A stretch of 64,000 nucleotides of DNA from a virus: IMG/VR virus record IMGVR_UViG_3300010413_001770, positions 3,332 through 67,331 of that record; one strand, written 5' to 3'. The stretch's first letter is position 1. Each line of letters begins with the position of its first letter. Positions 56,947 through 64,000 of this stretch are shown here, in pieces. The notes below the pieces were generated by a model, which was given only the letters and a program-made list of their open reading frames with translations, made no database searches and was not told the DNA's origin. Made by a program: the position numbers and the translations under genes.

Positions 56947-58041
56947 ATGAAACGACTGTCCAGACTCAAGCTCCACAACTTCCAGGCCCACCGGGACACC
57001 GAGCTCGACCTCTCGTCCGACATCACGGTCCTCATGGGTCCCAATGACTCCGGCAAGTCCTGCGTCTGGCGCGCGCTCTACTGGGTCGCTACCAACCGCC
57101 CGACCGGCAGCGGTCTCCAGTCCACCTGGTGCGGCCACACGCGCGTCGACGTGGAGCTCGCCGACGGGACGGTCGTCTCCCGGATCAAGGACGGGCGGAT
57201 GAACAGCTACCGGATCGGGAAGCACGAGTACAAGAGCTTCGGCACCGACGTCCCGGCCGCCGTGACGCAGACGCTCGGATGGGACCCCTCGATCAACTTC
57301 CAGGCCCAGGACGACGGTCCCTTCCTCCTCTCCCTCTCGCCGGCCGCCCGGGCCGAATCCCTCTCTGCTCTCTACGGGATCGCGGACGCGGACCGGATCA
57401 TGGCGAACCTGGAGTCGACGCGCCGGTCCCTCGCTGCCGAGATCCGGACGCAGCGCGCCATCCTGGAGACCGACGAACCGGAGTGGGAGAGCCGCCACAC
57501 CGGCCTCCAGGATTCCAAATCCGGCCTGGAAGCGACGAGAGCGGTCTACCAAGCCTTGGAGTCCGAGGAAGACGAGCTCGGCGCTCTACGGGCGGAGATT
57601 GCGTCTCTCAAGCGATATGCCGGGCAAGTGTCGGTTCTCGAATCGGCGCACGGGCCCTTGGCGGAGGCACTCGAGCTCTGGGGGCCGGTGAGCCGGGAGG
57701 CGAAGGGGGTGGACCGGCTCGACAGCTGGGTCCGGGAGGCCCGGCAGGCGGAGCAGCGGATAGGAGAGTGCGGGGAGCGAATCCCGGCGATTCAAGCCGC
57801 CATCCGAGTGTGGAGCGAGTACCGACAGGCCGCACTCGAGATCGAGAACCTGCAGGTGATGGTGGGGCGGGGCCGGGAAGCGCACGAACGGGAAAGGGAG
57901 TGTCAGGCCGGGATCGAGGACCTGCGCGCCGAGATCCAGAGCATGGGCCTGAGCGTGTGCCCGACGTGCGGGCAGCCGGTCGAATCTGCCGACGCGTTCC
58001 TGACTGGACGCCTAGACACCCGAGACGAGAGGATGAGCTGA
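56947..58041 (+). CDS. SbcC/Rad50-like ATPase, N-terminal half (Walker A, coiled coil, Zn hook)
   Basis: LKLHNFQAH, GPNDSGKS, FQAQDD (Q-loop), coiled coil, CPTCGQ. Confidence 0.85.
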   Translation: MKRLSRLKLHNFQAHRDTELDLSSDITVLMGPNDSGKSCVWRALYWVATNRPTGSGLQSTWCGHTRVDVELADGTVVSRIKDGRMNSYRIGKHEYKSFGTDVPAAVTQTLGWDPSINFQAQDDGPFLLSLSPAARAESLSALYGIADADRIMANLESTRRSLAAEIRTQRAILETDEPEWESRHTGLQDSKSGLEATRAVYQALESEEDELGALRAEIASLKRYAGQVSVLESAHGPLAEALELWGPVSREAKGVDRLDSWVREARQAEQRIGECGERIPAIQAAIRVWSEYRQAALEIENLQVMVGRGREAHERERECQAGIEDLRAEIQSMGLSVCPTCGQPVESADAFLTGRLDTRDERMS

Positions 58042-58478
58042 TGAACGGACCGATGAACGAACCGATCTACCGGGACTACGTCTATGAGGGGGGAACCATC
58101 CGAGTCCATACGCGGACCGGCGTGGAGGAGTGGACCTCCAGGCGCTGGAAAGAGAAGCCGGACCGGCGATTACGCGGTGACCTCAAGGCGGTTTTTCGGG
58201 AGGACGCGTCGGAAAGCTGGTCCTCGTCGCCGACTATTCGATAACCAGTAACCAGTACCGGTAACCGTTACCCAGTCATCAGACCCCCAGCCGGGCATTG
58301 TGCCCCTACTCGCCCTCCTACGTGTGGTGTGGGCTCGCTGCAGATCGATGGTCGGATCAGACACCCGGACTGTCTCTGTCTGCAGCGGGCGGGACGTACG
58401 TGAGTAGTGTTCCCGGGCGTTCCGGGAACAGGCTGGGACTGTTGTTGACTGATCGAGGAGCACGAAGGAGACGCCGGG

Positions 58479-58820
58479 ATGGACAACCTCACCGACTATC
58501 AGAAATACCGGGGTAGATGTCGAGAACTGGCCGAGGAAGCCGTCAAGCAGAATCCGACGCTCACGCTCGTGCGGGGACACTACTATTGTCCCGTATGGGG
58601 CAAACAGCCTCATTGGTGGGCGAAGACGCCAGAGGGAGAAATCGTTGATCCGAGTAAACGGCAGTTCCCGTCCAAGGGGATCGGAGACTACGAAGAGTTC
58701 GACGGGATGGTCGAGTGCTCAGAGTGTGGCACGCGGATACCGGAAGAGGAGGGGGATTACGAGAGCAACTACGTGTTCTGCTCCTACGAGTGCCACGGTC
58801 GCTTTGTCGGTGTCCTATAA
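58479..58820 (+). CDS. Cys/His-rich hypothetical protein
   Basis: HWWAKTPEGEIVDP and CSEC...FCSYEC. Confidence 0.6.
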   Translation: MDNLTDYQKYRGRCRELAEEAVKQNPTLTLVRGHYYCPVWGKQPHWWAKTPEGEIVDPSKRQFPSKGIGDYEEFDGMVECSECGTRIPEEEGDYESNYVFCSYECHGRFVGVL

Positions 58821-59063
58821 TCACTGCTAGCCGCTGAAGAGGAATCCCGACCCCATGCGTGGAAAACGAGCCCGCCTGCTCCGGCAAGAATACCAACCCC
58901 CCGGTCGCGGCCGGGAAATCCAGTACCGGATTCTCAAACGCGACAAAGCTGGGAATCCCGTCGCGATCGCCGCCGTCGCGATCCCGGAAACACGCCGACT
59001 CTATCAGGAGGCCAAACGAGAATGGAACCGCCGACCCAGACCCGACCGGCGAAGGGCTAACCC

Positions 59064-59375
59064 GTGAAAGCAGAGATTGAATGGCATCCAGTATCTGATC
59101 CGCCGGAGGAGAAATGCGGCTGGTTTTTGGCGGCCGTCAATCCGGAGAACCACGAGAGCGTGTCGGCTTCCAGGTTGGACAGTTGGCGAGAATTATATGG
59201 AGTAGCCGTCGCGTGGTACAACAAGGATTCTCTGGACAAGTGGTATTGGAAGGATCGGCCACACAACCGGTATGACCACGGCCGCGGAGATCGGGCCCTT
59301 CCGCTCAGGGGTAGGATTACACATTGGGCCCGATTTCCTGCCGTGCCCAAACTCTTTCAGAGGAACGAATCATGA
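59064..59375 (+). CDS. DUF551-like phage protein
   Basis: WHPVSDPP...ITHWARFP terminal motifs. Confidence 0.6.
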   Translation: MKAEIEWHPVSDPPEEKCGWFLAAVNPENHESVSASRLDSWRELYGVAVAWYNKDSLDKWYWKDRPHNRYDHGRGDRALPLRGRITHWARFPAVPKLFQRNES

Positions 59376-60397
59376 AACTCATCCTGACCGCCGACACACA
59401 TATCCGGTCCGGGCGCCCCCGGTGCCGGCGTGCGCCCGCGCTCGAAACACTGGGCGCCAAGCTCGGCTGGATGGCCAACCTCCAACGTGAGCTCGACGGT
59501 GCCCCCGTCTTGTGCGCGGGAGACATCTTCCACACGTGGGACACGGACGTGCCGTCCCTGGCGCTAGCGTTCCGCCACATCCGGAACTGGATCGTCACGC
59601 CGGGGCAGCACGATCTCCCGCACCATCGGATCGAGGAGCTTGAGCGCTCCCCACTCCACGTCCTGGAGGTCGGCGGCCGCGTCGAGATCCTCTCGGACTG
59701 TACATGGGCCGACCCCCTCCCGGGAGTGCGCGTGTACGGTATTCCGTACGGGCGGCTGGAAGAAGATCTGCCACGCCTGATCTCGCTCGCCCGCCAGCCG
59801 TCGCACGTCGGATTTCGCGTCCTACTGCTGCACCACTTCGTCTACTCCGGGAGGCCGCCGTTCCCCGGAGCTGAGTCTCTCGGGGTGGAAGCGCTCGAGC
59901 TGATCCGCCGCACAAAGGGGATGTTCGACCTGATCGTGACGGGTGATCACCACGTGAGATTCATTGTCCAGGACCCGGAGAACCCGCGCACGATGCTCGT
60001 CAACCCGGGCCCGATCTACCGGACGACGGCGGATGAGGTGGAGTTCGCCCCCGCCGTGGCCGTGTGTGATCCGGAGGCGGAGTGTACCGAGGATATGTTC
60101 GACGTCTACCGGGTGCCGATCTCCGAAAACGTGGAAGACGACTTCGATCTACAAGTCGTCGAGTTGTATCGGAGGGGGTCGCGGTCGGTGCATCGGGAGT
60201 TCACGTCCGGGCTGGGGGACGAGACCGAAGACACACCGTCCGCCGAAGCTCCCACTCCGGAGTCCTGGTCCGCCGTCCCGTTCGAGGAGCGCCTCCGCGC
60301 TCTCCTGGCCGGTATGCCGCCGGAAGTGCAAGCGGAAGTCCGGCTGGCGTGGAAAGCCGACGTGGACACGCACGACCGCAACCGGAAGAGGAGATAA
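59372..60397 (+). CDS. SbcD/Mre11-like metallophosphoesterase
   Basis: ADTH, AGDIFH, PGQHD, TGDHH and NPGP motifs. Confidence 0.88.
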   Translation: MKLILTADTHIRSGRPRCRRAPALETLGAKLGWMANLQRELDGAPVLCAGDIFHTWDTDVPSLALAFRHIRNWIVTPGQHDLPHHRIEELERSPLHVLEVGGRVEILSDCTWADPLPGVRVYGIPYGRLEEDLPRLISLARQPSHVGFRVLLLHHFVYSGRPPFPGAESLGVEALELIRRTKGMFDLIVTGDHHVRFIVQDPENPRTMLVNPGPIYRTTADEVEFAPAVAVCDPEAECTEDMFDVYRVPISENVEDDFDLQVVELYRRGSRSVHREFTSGLGDETEDTPSAEAPTPESWSAVPFEERLRALLAGMPPEVQAEVRLAWKADVDTHDRNRKRR

Positions 60398-60403
60398 CCG
60401 CTC

Positions 60404-60640
60404 ATGCCCATCGACCCCGACATTGCCCTCAAGATGACGCGCCTCCAGTCCAAGCTCGGGACCCTACAGTCCGACCTGGACGCCGCCCGTGGCGCCTACC
60501 AGTCCGTCCTGGAGCGCATCCAGGCGGACTACGGGTACGAGTCCCTCGAGGAGGCAGAAGAGGCACTCACGAGCCGACTTCTCACGCTTCAGACGTCCGT
60601 CAACCAGCTCAAGAACATGATCGCGAAGATTCAACTGTGA
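60404..60640 (+). CDS. Small coiled-coil protein
   Basis: 78-aa heptad-rich ORF coupled to the next gene. Confidence 0.6.
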   Translation: MPIDPDIALKMTRLQSKLGTLQSDLDAARGAYQSVLERIQADYGYESLEEAEEALTSRLLTLQTSVNQLKNMIAKIQL

Positions 60641-61299
60641 ACCCCGGTTCCGGTTCCCCCCGACTGGCCGACATCGGGCACACCCTCCGCGAAAAGGAAC
60701 TCGAGCTGGAGCGCTCCCTCGCGGAGCTCAACCTCCGGCGTCGGCAGCTCAGCCAACTAGCCGCCCAGGTCGAGTCGGCCGAGTCCCGGCTCACCACGGT
60801 CGAGATGTCCCTCGCGGTCGTCCAGGACGCCGCGTTTCGCTGGAAGCAGGAAACCGCCGGCCGGGTCGACCGCGCCGTCTCGGCCGCCCTCTCGGCCGTG
60901 TTCGAGACTGAGTACCGGTTCACCACGCGCTGGGTGACGCGGCGTGGGAAGGTGGAGGCGGACTTCGAGGTCCGCGGCGGAGGGGTGAGTGGTGCCCAGT
61001 CGGCTGACCTGGACCTACTGACGAACCGGGGCGGCGGCATCCGGGACATCGCGGCGTTCGCTCTCCGGGTCGCCGTCTGGTGGATGACGACGCCGCGGCC
61101 CGCGCCGGTGCTCGTGCTGGACGAGCCCTTCCGGTTCGTGAGCTCGAGCTTTCACGCGACCGCGCAAGTGCGGGGATTACTGGAGGAATTGAGCCGGGAG
61201 TTCGGCGTGCAGATCGTGCTCATCACGCACGAGACTGCACTCCAGGTGGGGAAGGTGTACATGATTCGAGATGGGGAGGTGGAAAATGCCGACACTTGA
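60637..61299 (+). CDS. SbcC/Rad50-like ATPase, C-terminal half
   Basis: Coiled coil, RGGGIRDIAAFALR (signature), LVLDEPF (Walker B), ITH (H-loop). Confidence 0.85.
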   Translation: MNPGSGSPRLADIGHTLREKELELERSLAELNLRRRQLSQLAAQVESAESRLTTVEMSLAVVQDAAFRWKQETAGRVDRAVSAALSAVFETEYRFTTRWVTRRGKVEADFEVRGGGVSGAQSADLDLLTNRGGGIRDIAAFALRVAVWWMTTPRPAPVLVLDEPFRFVSSSFHATAQVRGLLEELSREFGVQIVLITHETALQVGKVYMIRDGEVENADT

Positions 61300-62206
61300 A
61301 ATCGACGCTGTCTGTGCCGTCTGCGGACGACATCTGAAGTCCACGTTTAACTATCGAAACCTAGAGATCCAGGCCGAACCGTGCGAGACCTGTCTTGAGG
61401 AAAAGTACGAGGAGGGATATGACAGGGGTCGCGAAGAAGGTCTCGAGGAGGGAAAATAGAATGCCGCATCCGCGCCGAATGACTCGCTATGAAGTTATCC
61501 AGATGGGGGAGTTCAACCGTCATCCCGTCTACACGTGGGATGACCGGGACTGGTTCCGGTCCCACACACAGACTAGACCGGGAGACCACACATGGAAACC
61601 GACTACACCGCCTGCTTCACGCTTGACACGCACGATCATGTTGCTGTTTTCGCGCCTACTGCCACCGAAGTGACCCACACCGTCCGCCGCTTGGCCGCTC
61701 TCGGGTGGGAACCGGTCGACCCCGATCAGGCCCCGATACCCGTCCTCCACCACTACCCTGGCGCCCACTCTCCGGAGTTCTTTCTCACACTTCAACGGCC
61801 CACCATCGGCGGACGGCCGCTCTATGTCTCCGCAGCCGATCGCGAATTCGAGCAAACCATCTGGTTACCGGGGGCCGGGTTATCCGAGCTCCGGACGATC
61901 TCTTAGCGTCTCCAGGCCCGAGACACGTAGCGCATCCTCCCTCGCACGGTTGAAGCGCCAACAGCACACTCTTCGCCCTCACACCCTCCTCCTGGATCGC
62001 CTGCAGGAGGAGGGTGATCCTTCCGTCCACCCAGTACCCCGGCAACCCGTCCTTCTCCATCGGGTGGTCTTCCATTCTCCGGAGCGCCAACTCCGCCCCA
62101 CCCCATCGCCCCATCCCGGCATTCCCGAGATTGTGTGCCAGCGTCTCGTACGACCGCGGACAGACCGGGATCAACGTCGGGACTCCCACCCGCATGCGAG
62201 AAAACA

Positions 62207-62638
62207 TTACCGGGTCGGCTCCCCGCGATTACGGAAGTCTGGGTTACCGGAACTCTTTCCGCGATTGAGCAACTCCGTCCGGATATCCCGAACGTCCTCC
62301 CAGAGACGGTTCGTGTCCGAACCGATCCTCGTCTCGAACTGGGAATACTCTCTCAGGTGATGGTCTAGGCCCACCACGGCGCCATGGACCGTGTCCCCCA
62401 GCACGTCCACGCGGTAGAGAAGCCCGCCTGTCCCTGCCAGCAACAACCCCAGCAACGTGATCATCAGGTTCATCCGCCAACGCCAGGAACTCGACATCAC
62501 GACGTGTTCGCGGCAGTATCCGTCGATCAACGGGCAGTCCTTGCATGACTCTCTCCGGTTTTCCACTCTTCGATCCTCTCCTCCGTAAGGACTTGGCATC
62601 CGAGTCAACTCCTCATGAGCGCGCACTGGATCCGGCAT
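62207..62638 (-). CDS. Single-TM membrane protein (holin-like?)
   Basis: TM segment LMITLLGLLLAGTGGLLY followed by a helical region. Confidence 0.5.
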   Translation of the reverse strand: MPDPVRAHEELTRMPSPYGGEDRRVENRRESCKDCPLIDGYCREHVVMSSSWRWRMNLMITLLGLLLAGTGGLLYRVDVLGDTVHGAVVGLDHHLREYSQFETRIGSDTNRLWEDVRDIRTELLNRGKSSGNPDFRNRGEPTR

Positions 62639-63012
62639 CACCACAACTCGAGTGCCTCCATCATCGCCGTCGTGGATTCGCCGATCGCGTTTAGTTTCCC
62701 GCTCGAGTCCAGGCTCTTCGCGATCTGGCCGTAGGGTGTTGCGTCCAGGTTCTTCCCGAGTGAGTTCGCCGGGTAGCGGATCTCGGCCTCGTCGATGATC
62801 TCCTCGACCGCCGGCCGATCTCGCACGAACGCGGCGAAGTGGGCCGCCAAGTACAACTCAATCTCGCGCAAGAGTGTGGCCGACATTCCCTCCCCGGCCA
62901 GATAGGTATCCACCACGAGACTCGCCGTCTTGAGGTACGGACTGATCTCCGTCTCCGTGAGCGCCGTGGAAAACACGCGCTTCACGTCCCGTTCTGTTGT
63001 CCGTAGTGCCAC
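62638..63012 (-). CDS. Head-to-tail adaptor (connector; DUF4054/gp6-like)
   Basis: RTTERDVK...LREIELYLAAHF...LDATPYGQIAKSLDSSGKL; GGAGGAGG RBS. Confidence 0.75.
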   Translation of the reverse strand: MALRTTERDVKRVFSTALTETEISPYLKTASLVVDTYLAGEGMSATLLREIELYLAAHFAAFVRDRPAVEEIIDEAEIRYPANSLGKNLDATPYGQIAKSLDSSGKLNAIGESTTAMMEALELW

Positions 63013-63042
63013 AGCCGATCCTCCTCCCGGCCTCTTTGGCCG

Positions 63043-63375
63043 CTATGGCCCGTCCACGTGAAGAAGCACGACCATCTTCATGTTCTGCGCCGGACTCGCG
63101 TCCGTCGTCCAGTCGATCTCGATCTCGACCCGGTCGCCACTGTCCCCACCCTGGATGTACAGCCAGAACGTGTCGTTCGAGTCCAGGGCGTCATTACTCG
63201 AGTCCAGAATGTCGGCCGTGACGTCGGCGCCCGTGTCCCGGTCGTATGCCGTGGCGTCCGGGCCGCTCGCTACCGTCTCTCCGCTGTCCATCCAATCCGT
63301 GAGGTTGAAGCTCAGCACCAGTTCTTCGCTCGCCTTCTTGATGAACACTGCGTCGTACATGGAGTGTCTGGCCAT
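63043..63375 (-). CDS. Phage fibre-adaptor-like beta protein
   Basis: FIKKASEELVLSFNLTDWMDSGETVAS...YIQGGDSG...WTT resembles small Ig-like fibre adaptors (K.P.e.lDy.fDw..wL..getI.S...v.GG..G). Confidence 0.55.
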   Translation of the reverse strand: MARHSMYDAVFIKKASEELVLSFNLTDWMDSGETVASGPDATAYDRDTGADVTADILDSSNDALDSNDTFWLYIQGGDSGDRVEIEIDWTTDASPAQNMKMVVLLHVDGP

Positions 63376-63376
63376 A

Positions 63377-64000
63377 TCAGATTCCCCTCTCATGCCAGTC
63401 CGGGACCGGCGCAAACTTGTCGATCAGCCATCCGAGTGGTCTCCCCGCCTGCTTCCAGTTCCCGCCCTCCCAAAGCCAGCGCGAGTAGGCCCGCGCCGCA
63501 TCGATCTCGGCTTGACGGATCGGGTAGGGGAACGTGAACCCGCGCCCTTGCGTCCGGAACATGTGGCCGAACCACGTGCGCTTGTTGACGACTTGTCGGC
63601 CGCCGGATAGCCATGCTTTACACGCGACTTCGACGCCCACCTGTCCCCAGCCGCCGTGCTGCTCGTCGAGTCCCTCGAGCTCCAGATACCGGTCCCTGAG
63701 CTGGAACCAGCAGGCCCCCACGCTACACATCACGTCCGCGATCTTCGGTTGCGCTTCCGGCCGGCGCTTGTAAGCGCCCCAGTACTGGAACTGTAGATTC
63801 CGGTCGAACCGCGCAAAGTCGGTCCGGCGGGCGAGCCGCGGTTTCCAGACCAGTTCCCGGCTCACCGGCTTCCCGCACTCCTTGCACGGATCGGGGGGCC
63901 CCTGATATCGCCGATGCCCCTCCTCGCAGACCCAGTCGAACGCGTGTAGATTGTACATCCTCGGAATGGTCGTCGTCTCGCGGCTGAGCTCCCCGCTCTC
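63377..64000 (-). CDS. Polypeptide GalNAc-transferase (GT27)-like / GT2 glycosyltransferase, C-terminal part (runs off the right edge)
   Basis: Open from base 64000 (ESGELSRETTTIPRMYNL...). GACWF..RDRYLELEGLDE..GGWGQVGVEVACKAWLSGG...WFGHMFR...FTFP parallels the GalNAc-T [17 protein letters not shown]...VGHVFR motif. Confidence 0.75.
   Translation of the reverse strand, partial: ESGELSRETTTIPRMYNLHAFDWVCEEGHRRYQGPPDPCKECGKPVSRELVWKPRLARRTDFARFDRNLQFQYWGAYKRRPEAQPKIADVMCSVGACWFQLRDRYLELEGLDEQHGGWGQVGVEVACKAWLSGGRQVVNKRTWFGHMFRTQGRGFTFPYPIRQAEIDAARAYSRWLWEGGNWKQAGRPLGWLIDKFAPVPDWHERGI

Noticed and set aside
61785-62207. Minus-strand 140-aa ORF at the convergence of the two arms
   Set aside because: It has no recognisable motif and overlaps the plus-strand ORF 61592-61906; left uncalled.

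Overview
This window looks like most of a high-GC tailed dsDNA phage genome (siphovirus-type, long non-contractile tail), with two divergent arms around a non-coding control region at about 34.5-36.5 kb. The minus arm (34.5 kb to base 1, and again 64.0-62.2 kb) carries terminase, portal, protease/scaffold, HK97-fold capsid, neck, duplicated tail-tube, chaperone (-1 frameshift), tape-measure, baseplate and fibre genes. The plus arm (36.5-61.9 kb) carries many small early genes, a DinG-like helicase, an AAA recombinase, an ERCC4 nuclease, a UDG-PolA fusion with an HNH intein, and a split SbcC with SbcD. No integrase, primase or endolysin was recognised. The standout is an apparent phage-encoded virion glycosylation ('glycocalyx') system with three parts. 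(1) Two virion proteins carry long mucin-like (SPSA/SPSG/TPSS)n tracts. (2) A GT-A glycosyltransferase missing from the ORF track lies directly downstream of the 900-aa mucin-like gene, and a second enzyme at the other window edge matches the catalytic motif of eukaryotic polypeptide GalNAc-transferases. (3) A roughly 9.5 kb sugar synthesis, transfer and sulfation cluster is inserted between the capsid and neck genes. Other oddities include a RebB (R-body)-like gene bracketed by 19-bp inverted repeats, a DnaA-box cluster, hairpin-embedded promoters, cassette-like early genes, a truncated KdsD-like protein and a tRNA-like fold. All product calls come from motif recognition by eye; no database search was run.
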